A stretch of DNA of 64,000 nt from an uncultured delta proteobacterium. GTDB lineage: Bacteria; Myxococcota_A; Polyangia; Polyangiales; Polyangiaceae. The stretch's first letter is position 1, and each line of letters starts with the position of its first letter. Made by a program: the position numbers and the translations under genes. The DNA lies in the NCBI GenBank assembly GCA_963841435.1, contig CAWJCS010000005.1, positions 1,184,001 through 1,248,000 on the forward strand. Direction: 5' to 3'. Shown in pieces: positions 1-9,764 of this stretch. The notes below the pieces were generated by a model. The model did not search any database. It was not told the origin of the DNA and saw only the letters and a list, made by a program, of their open reading frames with translations.

Positions 1-9
1 CCGCCCGCC

Positions 10-713
10 TCAGAGGCGATTGGCGTAGGCGCTGCGCATCCCGTCGTACACGCCCATCGCGGTGGGCTCCGCCTCGAAGATGGGCCACGCGTCGGCAAGC
101 TGGGTGCCGGAGTCGTCGTTGATGAAGAGCCCCAGGCCGACGCCGGCCTGCACGGGGTGCTCTCCGCCCTTGTCGATGTGGAGAACCGTCTTGATGTTCG
201 CGTCCACCTCCTTGACGCCGCGAATGCCTTCCTTGAGGAGCATGGCGGTGTTCGCCCAGTTCGACGTGCGGCCGTTCACCGTGTTGGTCGAGGTGGGGTG
301 ACCGTCGGCGTCGCAGATGTGGATGAGCAGGCCGGGGGTGATCTCGTTGCCGACCTGCACCAAGTCCGGCCTGCCGCCCGCAGCGATGAGCGTCGTGATG
401 GCATTTTTCATGTAGTCGTACACGTGCGACGCCATCTGGCTCAGCGTGTCGTTCTGCCAGGCGACGGGAATGCACTGCTTGCCGGGATCCGCCCAGGTCT
501 TCACGCGCGCCGCCATCTCCGCCGTGTGAGCGAGGTCTCCGAAGCCGTCCGTCTGGCCGGCAGTGCCCCCGGCGCTTGTGGCAGGCCGCCGCTCCCCGGC
601 GCTGAGGTCGCGCCGCCTGCTCCGCCCGCTGATGTCCCGGTGTTGTCGGCCTGGCTGCAACCGAGCAGGGAAACACCGGCGACCAGCGTCAAACAAAGCT
701 TTCGAGCTCTCAT
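10..713 (-). pseudogene. Degraded GH53 endo-beta-1,4-galactanase lipoprotein
   Basis: Signal/lipobox MRARKLCLTLVAGVSLLGC starts at 713 in one frame; GH53 motifs DLAHT, TWADPGKQ, VQVGNEI, LHIDKGG lie in another frame. The DFHYSD segment and the C-terminal nucleophile region are absent. Confidence 0.7.
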
Positions 714-892
714 CCGCTTCTTTTTTGTGTCCCGCCCGCCCAGGCGGACGCTTGCGTCCGGGGAATGGACGCCTGCGCGCTCGCAGGTCGGAATTTCTTT
801 GTGCCACGCGCCTCCCGACGTGCCACGCGGTCCCCCACGGAGTGGACGGGGCCGCGCTGTCAGAGGGAGCACTCGGGTGGTACCTTCGCGGC

Positions 893-2408
893 GTGCGTGG
901 ACTATGGCTCGGGCTGCTCGCCGTGCTGTGCGGCTGCGCGACGGACGCTGGCGGCGGCGCCGCGCGTCCGGTCGCGGCAGGCGCAGGCGGTGCTGGGACG
1001 AGCGCAGGCGACGGCGGCAACGCCGCTGCCGGGTCGTCGAGCGGTTTCTCGGGTGATGCTGGCTCGTCAGGTGCTGCGGGAAGCGTTGCCGGGTCGTTCA
1101 ACCGGCGGCGGCGCAGGCCTGTCGTCGGGTGGCGTCGCAGGCGCGGCGGCCGGGCAAGGTGGGCTTGCCGGTGACGCGGGCGCGAGCAGTGGCGGAGGTG
1201 GTGCCGCCGCGGGCTCTTCGGCAGGTGGCGCCGCGGGGAGCACCACGGCCGGCGCGGATGCGCTCGCGGCGCTGCGCGCCTACCTCGCGCTCGCGCGCGA
1301 CACGCGTCCTTTGCTCGACGAGCAGCCGTTCGCCGTGGTGCCGCTGACGCGCGACGAGTCGAACCAGGCGACCGATCTGCTCTGGGACGACCATGTCGCG
1401 CTCATTCGCGACACGCGCGCCGAAGAGACCACACAGAAAGCGATCACCCTCGGCGACAAGACCCTCCGCTACGATTTCAAGGTTTTCGGGAGCGAGCCCG
1501 CTTCGGGCCATAGTCTCTATCTTTCCCTTCATGGTGGCGGCGAGGCCGATCCCAGCGTCAACGACGAGCAGTGGGAAAACCAGAAGGTTCTCTACGAGCC
1601 CGACGAGGGCATCTACCTGGCTCCCCGCGCGCCGACCGACACCTGGAATCTCTGGCACGAGGCGCACATCGACCCGCTGTTCACGCGCCTGATCGAGGAC
1701 CTCATCGTCTTCGAGGGCGTCAACTCGAATCACGTCTACGTGATGGGCTACTCGGCGGGCGGGGACGGCGTGTACCAGCTCGGCCCCCGCATGGCCGACT
1801 CGTGGGCGGCGGCAGCGATGATGGCCGGGCACCCGAACGACGCCCGGCCCGACAGCCTGCGCAACATCGGCTTCACGATCCACGTGGGCGGGCTCGACAC
1901 GGCCTACGACCGCAACCTCAAAGCAGAGGAATGGGGCGGGCTGCTCGACGGCCTCGAAGCAGCGGACCCCGGCGGCTACCCGCACGAAGTCCAAATCCAC
2001 CCCGACAAGCCGCACTGGATGGATCTCGAGGATGCCGTGGCCGTGCCCTGGATGGCGGCGTTCACGCGAGATCCCGTGCCGCGTCGCGTCGTCTGGCTAG
2101 AGGACGACGTGCCCCACGAGCGCTTCTACTGGTTGGCGGTGCCCACCAACGAAGCAATCAAGGCCACCAAGGTGACGGCGTCGGTGGACGGTCAGGCGAT
2201 CACCCTCGAGGTCAGCGGCGTCCAAAACCTCGACGTGCGTCTGTCCGACGCGCTCGTCGACCTCGACCAGCCCGTGACGGTGACCCAGGGCACGACGACG
2301 CTCTTCACCGGCACGGTGCCGCGCACGATCGGCGTCGTCGCTGCGACGCTCGCCGAGCGCGGCGACCGCGCCCTCACGTTCCCTGCGGAAGTCGCGATCG
2401 CGCTGTAG
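893..2408 (+). CDS. Alpha/beta-hydrolase lipoprotein (esterase/peptidase-like); apparent frameshift near 1097
   Basis: GTG 893 gives VRGLWLGLLAVLCGC plus a Gly-rich linker; this joins the 765..2408 frame if one T is removed at 1097-1098. Motifs LHGGG, GYSAGG (GxSxG), C-terminal His (KPHW). Confidence 0.7.
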
Positions 2409-2659
2409 TAAGGCGAAACCGCCTTCAAAGCTCGCCTGCCTCCTCCGGAGGCAACTGTCGCTCCGAGGCGCGGACGCGAAAAAGACGCGCTAGGAGAATC
2501 ACCCCAAGGTCGTGGAGTGGAACACGCGCGCTCGGTGAAGGGCGTTTGAGTCGGGGATTCGCCGAGCCGCGGCGCGTCGGCGATTGTTCGGTGCGAGCGA
2601 ATGATCGCGTGCTCGAAATCCGGATGGACCGCGGCAAAAGCGGTCGCTACTCTGAATCC

Positions 2660-3838
2660 ATGGGTCGAGGGCTCGTCGTCGCTGGCTGGCTGGTGCTTGC
2701 GTGCCTTTCGTGTAGCGGTCGCTCGCAGTCGGGCAATCTCGGGCGCGCCGCCGGCACGGGTGGCGAGGGCGCGGCGAGCGGCGGAGCAGGTGCCGGTGCG
2801 GCCGGTGGCGGGGCGGGTCAGGGAGGCGGGGCCGCGCGCAACGGTGGCTCTTCCGGCGGCGGCGCGGGCGCATCCGGCGGCTCGGGTGCGTCGGGCGGTG
2901 GCTCGCTCGGCGGCGCCGGCGCTGGCGGAGCGAACGCCGGCGGAACGAGCGCGGCCGGAGCCGACGGCGGCACGACGCTCGGTGGAACGAGCGCGGGCGG
3001 CGCGGACGCGGGCAGCGCGGGCTCGGGTGGGGCGGGCGAGGGTGGCGCCGGCGGCGCAGCGATCGAGCCGTGCGAGGACGGTGACTGCGATCTTGCCGTC
3101 GTGCGAGCCATCCTCGCGGCCAACGGGCTCACCGAAGACGACCCGCTCTACTCGGTGACCACGCTCGACGACAACGGACGCGTCGTCGAGCTCAACCTGC
3201 TCCCACTCGATCTGTTCGGCCCGCTGCCGGAGGGGATCTCGGTTCTGCCGCCGGAGGTCGGCAGACTGAGCGCGCTCCAAACGTTGCTCGCCGCAGGGGG
3301 CAGTCTCACGGACGTTCCCGATGAGCTCGGCGAGCTCGGCCAGCTAACGTGGCTCAACCTCGCCTACAACGACCTTACCCGCTTTCCCGAAGCCATCTTG
3401 CGCCTGACGCTCCTCGAACGGCTCGAGCTCGACGACAACCAGATCACCGACGTACCGGCGGGCATTTCGGCGCTCGTCGCGCTCGGCGACCTCTGGATGC
3501 CGTCGAACAGGGTCGAGCGGCTCCCCGAAGAGCTCGGCACCCTGCCGAGCCTCTACCAGATGAACTTCGGGTCCAACCGGTTGAGCGAGCTCCCCGCGAG
3601 CATCGGCGATCTGACCCTGATGAGTCGGTTGTTCCTCGGCGACAACCAGCTGAGCACCTTGCCGGACGCCATCACCAGGCTCGATCCGGTCAACCTGTCT
3701 TTCTCCAACAACGGTCTGTGTAACGTCTCGGCGGCCCTGCGCGCCTGGCTCGACTTGCACGATGATTCCTGGGCAGCGTCGCAATTCGCCGACACCGCGC
3801 ACCAGGTGCCCTGCGTCGTCGCGAGCGCGGCAAGGTGA
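2660..3838 (+). CDS. Leucine-rich repeat lipoprotein with Gly-rich linker
   Basis: Signal MGRGLVVAGWLVLACLSC, long GAS linker, about 7 LxxLxLxxNxL repeats. Confidence 0.85.
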   Translation: MGRGLVVAGWLVLACLSCSGRSQSGNLGRAAGTGGEGAASGGAGAGAAGGGAGQGGGAARNGGSSGGGAGASGGSGASGGGSLGGAGAGGANAGGTSAAGADGGTTLGGTSAGGADAGSAGSGGAGEGGAGGAAIEPCEDGDCDLAVVRAILAANGLTEDDPLYSVTTLDDNGRVVELNLLPLDLFGPLPEGISVLPPEVGRLSALQTLLAAGGSLTDVPDELGELGQLTWLNLAYNDLTRFPEAILRLTLLERLELDDNQITDVPAGISALVALGDLWMPSNRVERLPEELGTLPSLYQMNFGSNRLSELPASIGDLTLMSRLFLGDNQLSTLPDAITRLDPVNLSFSNNGLCNVSAALRAWLDLHDDSWAASQFADTAHQVPCVVASAAR

Positions 3839-3934
3839 GCCGGAGGCCGACGCCCACGGCCCCGCGGGCGGGCGGCGCGGGCGTCAGCCGTTCTCGGCGC
3901 TGGCCCGTGTCGGCGGCGGTACTATAGTCAGCGG

Positions 3935-5692
3935 ATGCGACCTGCTTGGTGGGCAGTCGTCGGCACGCTGACGCTCATGGCGTGCAGCCCGCGGAGCGCG
4001 AGTGAGGGCGCGGGCGGCACGGCGGGAACCAGCGGCAGCGGGGCCGGCGGTTGGGCAGCGGGCGGCAGCAGCGGAACCAGCGGCTCCGGAGCCGGCGGCG
4101 GCGGTACCAGTGGAGGGGGCACGGGCGGGACGGGTGGATCCGGCGGCACCGGGCTCATCCTGATCGACGCAGGCGATCCGGACGCGTGCGCGGAGGGCTG
4201 CTCGGCGGACCCCTGCGCGGAGGCGGTGCGGACGAAGCAGTCAGTCGGCTGCGAGTACTACGCGACGATGATGGACAGCATGGTGGGCGACGTCTGCTTC
4301 GCCGTCTTCGTCGCCAACACCTCGAGCTCGCCCGCCCACCTGACGGTCGAGTACGGGGGCGCCTTGCCCAACGTCGCCTCGTTCACCCGCATCCCCGAAG
4401 GCTACGGGCCCGGTCTCACGTATCGCGCCTACAATCCTGACGAGGGCATCGCCCCGGACGAGGTCGCGATCCTATTCCTTTCCGGTCCGACTGGCGATGT
4501 TGCGTTCCCCCAAGTCCCCTGCCCCGTCGAATCGGCGCTGCCCACCGGTGTGTTCTTCACGGGCACGGGCTACGGCCGGTCTTTCCGCATCACCACCGAC
4601 GTGCCCGTCGTCGCCTATCAGATGAACCCTTACGGCGGCGCCGGAACCAGCATCACCGGCGCTTCGCTGCTCTTACCCACGAGCGTGTGGGACACCAACT
4701 ACGTCATCGCGAGCGCCTTCGGCGACGGCGGCCTGGGACCCTCGCTCAACATCATCGCCCAGGCGAACGCCACGCGCGTCACCATCGTCCCCAACCGGCC
4801 CGTCGTGGGCGGCAAGGGCATCCCCGCGAGCAACGCGAACGTCCCCTTCGACCTCTTGCTCGGCCAGGGAGAGCAGGCGCAGATCTCCCAGGAAGACCTC
4901 ACCGGCAGCATCCTGTCCTCGGACAAGCCGGTGGGGCTCATGGCGGGCCATCAGTGCATGGAGATCCCGGCCGGCGTCCTCGCCTGCGACCACGGCGAGC
5001 AGATGGTTCCGCCCATCCGCGCCCTCGGCAGCGAATACGTGGGCGTCATGCACCGCCCGCGGGGCACCGAACCGGCGTTCTGGCGCGTCATCGGTGCGGC
5101 TGACGGCACCGTCCTCACCTGGTCGTCCGACGTCGGCGGGCCGACGAGCCTCGCGCTCGGTGAGGTTGCCATCTTCGCGACACGCGAGCCGTTCGTCGTC
5201 GAGAGTCAGGACGAGGATCACCCGTTCCTTCTCTTTTCCCACATGGTCGGCGTGAACTACGAAATGTCGATTCCCAACAACGCCGGTGATCCGGACTCGG
5301 TCCTCAGCGTCCCGCCGGCGCAATACCTGTCTCACTACGTCTTTTTCACGGACCCGACCTACCCGGAGACGAACCTCGTCGTCGTGCGCAAGAGCGTCAA
5401 CGGCCGCTTCGCCGACGTCAATCTCGACTGCAGCGGCCCCCTAACCGGCTGGGCTCCCGTCGGCGACTACGAGTGGACCCGCGCAGATCTGATGACCGGC
5501 AACTTCGAGGGCGTCGGCAACTGCTCGACCGGCCGCCACGTGATCGACAGCCCGAACCCCTTCGGAGTCTGGGTGTGGGGCTGGGGCTCGTCGCTCACCG
5601 AGGCGCAGACCACCAGCGTATCGTACGGCTACCCAGCTGGGATGAACGTGGAGCCCATCAATCCGGTCGTGGTGCCGCCGGAGCCGCGATAG
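3935..5692 (+). CDS. IgGFc-binding-domain lipoprotein
   Basis: Lipobox LMAC, Gly linker, motifs GCEYY, ASLLLPT, DHGEQMVPP, SYGYPAG typical of myxobacterial IgGFc-binding proteins. Confidence 0.75.
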   Translation: MRPAWWAVVGTLTLMACSPRSASEGAGGTAGTSGSGAGGWAAGGSSGTSGSGAGGGGTSGGGTGGTGGSGGTGLILIDAGDPDACAEGCSADPCAEAVRTKQSVGCEYYATMMDSMVGDVCFAVFVANTSSSPAHLTVEYGGALPNVASFTRIPEGYGPGLTYRAYNPDEGIAPDEVAILFLSGPTGDVAFPQVPCPVESALPTGVFFTGTGYGRSFRITTDVPVVAYQMNPYGGAGTSITGASLLLPTSVWDTNYVIASAFGDGGLGPSLNIIAQANATRVTIVPNRPVVGGKGIPASNANVPFDLLLGQGEQAQISQEDLTGSILSSDKPVGLMAGHQCMEIPAGVLACDHGEQMVPPIRALGSEYVGVMHRPRGTEPAFWRVIGAADGTVLTWSSDVGGPTSLALGEVAIFATREPFVVESQDEDHPFLLFSHMVGVNYEMSIPNNAGDPDSVLSVPPAQYLSHYVFFTDPTYPETNLVVVRKSVNGRFADVNLDCSGPLTGWAPVGDYEWTRADLMTGNFEGVGNCSTGRHVIDSPNPFGVWVWGWGSSLTEAQTTSVSYGYPAGMNVEPINPVVVPPEPR

Positions 5693-5749
5693 CGCAATGG
5701 CAGCGCACGGCCCGGCGTCGTCGAGGCATGCCGCCATCGACCTCGGGGC

Positions 5750-6968
5750 TCACGGCAAATAGGGGTCCAGCGCCGCGAACCAGAACGTCGGCCATGAGGT
5801 TGTAGCCGGTCTGGTTCGGATGGAGATTGTCGCCGAGGAGCGAATTCTTGTAGTTCGAGTCCGTCGTGAACGCCGTGTACATGTTGACGAGGACGATGTG
5901 TTGGCCCTGGGTCACGCGCGTCGAAACCAGGCCGGGCATCGCGGCGTTGTAGGTCTTGATGGCGTTGTTCGTCCCGTCCGTGCGCGACGGAACGATCTGC
6001 GCCAGGACGACCAGGATGTTCGCATCGCGCGTGTGGATGGCGTCGAGCAAGCTGCCGAGGCGAGTCGGTGCGCTCGAAACGCTGATGTTCCCGTTGATGT
6101 CGTTCGTGCCAATCATCAACGTGATGATGTGGGGCTGGTAATTCGGGATGCTCGTATTCACGAACGGCGCGATGCCGTTGTTGCCCTCGATCGTGTAGCC
6201 GCCGTGACCTTCGTGGTTCTTCGGGAACGTGACACCGTCGACCATCGGCACGCTGTAGTCGCTCGCCGAGCCGACGAACGTGATGTCGCGACTGGCGGCG
6301 AGCGCGAGGTGAAAGAGCGGCGCCCGGTAGCCTCCGGCGACGTTGTAGCCCTGCGTGATCGAGTCCCCGAAAGGCATGATCTTGCAGGGTCCGCTCGTCG
6401 GACAAGGCTGGTACCCGCTCGCGCCGCCGCTGCCCGCCGCGCCGGCACTGCCGCTCGCTCCGCCCTTGCCTGCGGCTCCTCCACCCGCGGCGCCACCGAA
6501 GCCGCTCGCCCCACCATCCCCGGCGTTCGAGCCCGCGACCCCGCCGCCGCCCGCCGTACCTGCCGCGCCGCCACCGGACATGCCGCCGTTCGCCGAGCCG
6601 GCCATACCAGCGCTCCCCGCGATCCCGCCCGCACCAGCAGGTGCGGACCCAGCCATGCCGGCTGCGGTACCCGCCACGCCAGCGCCTCCGTCCCCCGCCG
6701 CACCGCTGACGCCGCCCGAGCCGGACCCGCCCATGCCAGCGACCAGGCCGGTGCCTGCTGCACCGCCGCTGCCGGCCGTCGCCCCGCTCCCGCCGCCGCC
6801 CGCAGGGTTGCCCGACCCGCCGTTCCCTGCCGCGGGCTGGGTGGTGCCACCCGTGCCCGAGCCGCCGGTCGAGGGGGACCCGCCGTCGCCACCGCAAGCG
6901 GCGAGTAGGACCGCAAAGGTCGCGACGGGGAGCACCCAACGTATCGAACCAGATGGGCAATTTCGCAT
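5750..6968 (-). CDS. SGNH/GDSL esterase lipoprotein (CE3-like); apparent frameshift near C-terminus
   Basis: LLAAC lipobox, Gly linker, blocks GDSIT, HEGHGG, GTND, DNLHP. Removing one base at 5784-5785 gives ...MADVWFAALDPYLP-stop at 5750 and removes the overlap with the neighbouring gene. Confidence 0.8.
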
Positions 6969-7135
6969 TTTCTTACTCGGGCTCCTCGAAGGGTCCGGAG
7001 CGACTGCGCAGACCCGTTCTTGAAGTGTGACGCACGAGGGCCGCCCAAGCAATCGTCGGATCGCCTGGCTCCCTTTCAGGACATGCCGGAAACCCGAGCG
7101 GCCCATGCAGCCCGGAGCAGAATAATCCGAGAGGG

Positions 7136-7158
7136 ATTGAGCGTCAATTCCGTACAAT
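7136..7158 (+). promoter_or_regulatory. Inverted repeat ATTGA-N3-TCAAT next to a TACAAT -10 element of the LysR gene
   Basis: Palindrome at 7136-7148, TACAAT at 7153-7158, 5 nt before ATG 7164. Confidence 0.4.
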
Positions 7159-7163
7159 AACCC

Positions 7164-8063
7164 ATGGCGATCGATCTCGACGGATTGCGTTGCTTCGATG
7201 CCGTCGCGTCCACGCTGCGCTTCCGCGCCGCGGCCGCGCGCGTGCACCTTTCGCCTGCCGCCTTTTCCGACCGCATTCGGCGGCTGGAGGAGGCGCTCGA
7301 CGCGTCGCTGCTCGCGCGAACCACGCGTCGGGTGACGCTCACCGAGGCGGGCGAACGGTTGCTTCCGTTGGCTCGGCAGGTGCTCGCCTCCGTGGAGGCG
7401 CTGCACGGCGCCACCCAGGCTGGTGGACGCCCGGGCCCGTACGAGCTGGTGCTCGGCACACGCTACGAGCTCGGGCTGTCCTGGCTGTGTCCGGCATTGG
7501 AGCCGCTAGCGCGCGCTCACCCCGAGCGCACCTTGCACCTGTTCAACGCCGACACCCCCGATCTGCTGCGGCGTCTGGAAGGAGGGCACCTGGATGCGGT
7601 CGTGGCGAGCATGCGGCTCACCTCGCCACGGCTGAGCTATGCGGCGCTCCACCCCGAAGAGTACGTGCTCGTGAGCGCCAAGCCACGCGCGAAGGGTGAT
7701 CGGCGCCTCCTGCGCCGTGACGACGCGAAGAGCTTCACGCTTTTGGACGTGAGCCCCGACCTCCCTCTCTTTCGCTACTTTCTCGACGCGCTGCCCGACG
7801 CCGAGCCTTGGCCGTTCGAGCGCATCGAATACCTGGGCGGTATCGGCAACATCCGCCGCCGCGTGCTCGACGGCGGCGGACGGCTAGCCGTCCTGCCTCG
7901 CTACTTCGTCGCGCAGGACCTCGCCGCCGGGCGCCTGATCCGACACCTCACTCGTGTGCGACTGCGCTCCGACGCCTTCCGGCTGATCTGGCGCACCGGT
8001 CACCCGCGCGAACGCGAGCTCGTGGCACTCGCCGCCGAGCTCCGGCAGCGCCCGTTGAGCTAG
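7164..8063 (+). CDS. LysR-family transcriptional regulator
   Basis: N-terminal HTH FRAAAARVHLSPAAFSDRIRRLEEALDASLLARTTRRVTLTEAG; 299 aa. Confidence 0.95.
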   Translation: MAIDLDGLRCFDAVASTLRFRAAAARVHLSPAAFSDRIRRLEEALDASLLARTTRRVTLTEAGERLLPLARQVLASVEALHGATQAGGRPGPYELVLGTRYELGLSWLCPALEPLARAHPERTLHLFNADTPDLLRRLEGGHLDAVVASMRLTSPRLSYAALHPEEYVLVSAKPRAKGDRRLLRRDDAKSFTLLDVSPDLPLFRYFLDALPDAEPWPFERIEYLGGIGNIRRRVLDGGGRLAVLPRYFVAQDLAAGRLIRHLTRVRLRSDAFRLIWRTGHPRERELVALAAELRQRPLS

Positions 8064-8100
8064 GACCGCCGCAGCCTGCGCGGCGCCTCGGCACCGTCCC

Positions 8101-9519
8101 TCAGCGTCCATCCCGTGCGCCTCGCACCGACTCGTTCATCGTGGGCTCCGGAGAGCCGCCCGTCCCAGCCGGCAGCCGCCCGGCGAGAAGCTGGTCGGCG
8201 TCCGTGCGGAGCGTCCAGTACTCATGGAGCAGGTCGATGTAGCCCTGCGCCGCGGCGACTTGATCGCGCTTGGCCTGAAGGAGCTGGAAGACGCCCACGC
8301 CCATCGCGTTGTACTGGCGCTGCGTCTCCTCGAGCACCTGCTCGCGCAGTGGGAGTAGCGTCGTCTTGTAATACCGGAGGCTCTCCGCCGCGACCGAGAG
8401 TCGAGACGCCGTGGCCCGAGCACGCGCTCTCAGCCGCACCGCCGTGTCGGCGAAGAGCTTGCGCTCGCGACGCATGACCGCAAGCTCCATCGCCGTCTCG
8501 CCCCCACCCTGATAAAAGAGCGGCACCTCGAGCTCGGCAAGTGGGCCGACGCCCCAGCCGCCCTCGCGCCGCTCTGCCGAGACGCCCGCCCTGAGGTCCG
8601 GCACCCAACCCTCGAGGCGCGAAAGGTTCGCGCGGCGTGCCGCTTCCTCGAAGCGACGCCGTGAGAGGGCGAGATCGAGGCTTCTCTCCACGACGCGGGA
8701 CTCGATGTTCGCGAGCACGGCGTCGACAGGGAGGGGATCCGGCATGCTCTTGGTCGCCGTCCACTGAGCGGCGCCAGAGCCCCACAGACCCATCAGCGCA
8801 TTGAGCGTCTCTCGCTCTGCCGCGAGAGCGGCCTCCGCCATGGCGTAGGCGATCCGCGCCTCCTCGTAGAACGAACGCTCGCTCGCGAGCGCCAGGTCCG
8901 TGATGTTTCCGGCTTCGTGCAAACGTTCGGCCATGTCGACCGACGCGCGGAGCGACTCGAGCACCGTGCGCCGGAGCTCGAGCCGCTGCGCGGCCGCCTG
9001 GTAATCGAAGAACGTGCTCCGCGTTTCGAAAGCGAGCTCGACCGCCTTCGTTGCCACCTCGAGCTTTTTGGTATCGAGCGCCGCCTGACCCGCGCCGTTT
9101 CGCCAGGGCAAAAAGAGCAGCTCCGAAAGACCGAGGCTCGCATCGATGTCGAGCTCGGGGCGCGCTTCCGCTCCGTAACGCAGGGCGGCGCTCACGGTGG
9201 GATTGGGGAGCCGTACGGCGTGCACGAGCTTCCCGCGGGCGATACCGAGCTCCTCGAACGCGGCCTGCAGCGCTTGGTTGTCGTAAAGAGCAATTTGAAC
9301 GGCCGCGTCGGGCGTCAGGGGCTGGCGAAGCAGTCGCTCGGTCTCGGTATGGGCTCGCCTGCCCGATTCTCGTTCTTGCCAACGGACGTCCTTGCCCAGG
9401 CGCGCCGAGGTCAGTTCGCGGACGCCATCGTAGCCGGCTCCTTCGGGCACACAGCCGGCCGCGAAGAGGAGCGCCAAGAGCGCTGCAGAAGCTCGCGTGG
9501 GTTTTCGTCCGCGCTTCAA
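8101..9519 (-). CDS. TolC-family outer membrane protein (copper-resistance associated)
   Basis: TTG start overlaps the upstream stop; lipobox AAGC; LPNP, ELEVPLFYQG and helical OEP repeats; downstream of a multicopper oxidase. Confidence 0.85.
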   Translation of the reverse strand: MKRGRKPTRASAALLALLFAAGCVPEGAGYDGVRELTSARLGKDVRWQERESGRRAHTETERLLRQPLTPDAAVQIALYDNQALQAAFEELGIARGKLVHAVRLPNPTVSAALRYGAEARPELDIDASLGLSELLFLPWRNGAGQAALDTKKLEVATKAVELAFETRSTFFDYQAAAQRLELRRTVLESLRASVDMAERLHEAGNITDLALASERSFYEEARIAYAMAEAALAAERETLNALMGLWGSGAAQWTATKSMPDPLPVDAVLANIESRVVERSLDLALSRRRFEEAARRANLSRLEGWVPDLRAGVSAERREGGWGVGPLAELEVPLFYQGGGETAMELAVMRRERKLFADTAVRLRARARATASRLSVAAESLRYYKTTLLPLREQVLEETQRQYNAMGVGVFQLLQAKRDQVAAAQGYIDLLHEYWTLRTDADQLLAGRLPAGTGGSPEPTMNESVRGARDGR

Positions 9520-9752
9520 GGCTGGACCTCCGCGGGGGGCTTCTTGGGCACGAGCTTCATGACGCTTGGGATGGGCGCTTCCGCCTGCTTCGGAGCGAGT
9601 GGGTCGAAGCTCGGGCAGAGGGGCGCGCCGAGCTCGGGCAAAGGGGCCGTGGCCGCCGTGGCGCGACCCGGGTCGCGCGCCGTCGTCGAAAGCTCCGTCG
9701 GCGTGCAAGCCGCCGTGGCGACCCCTACCATCACTGCGATCAGCATCTTCAT
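9516..9752 (-). CDS. Small lipoprotein of the copper operon
   Basis: MKMLIAVMVGVATAAC lipobox; tightly spaced between oxidase and TolC genes. Confidence 0.65.
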   Translation of the reverse strand: MKMLIAVMVGVATAACTPTELSTTARDPGRATAATAPLPELGAPLCPSFDPLAPKQAEAPIPSVMKLVPKKPPAEVQP

Positions 9753-9764
9753 GATCCAAAGCCC

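Noticed and set aside
2410-2570. Several short hairpins after the hydrolase gene
   Set aside because: Stems of 6-9 bp are common at this GC content, with no U-tract or riboswitch signature.
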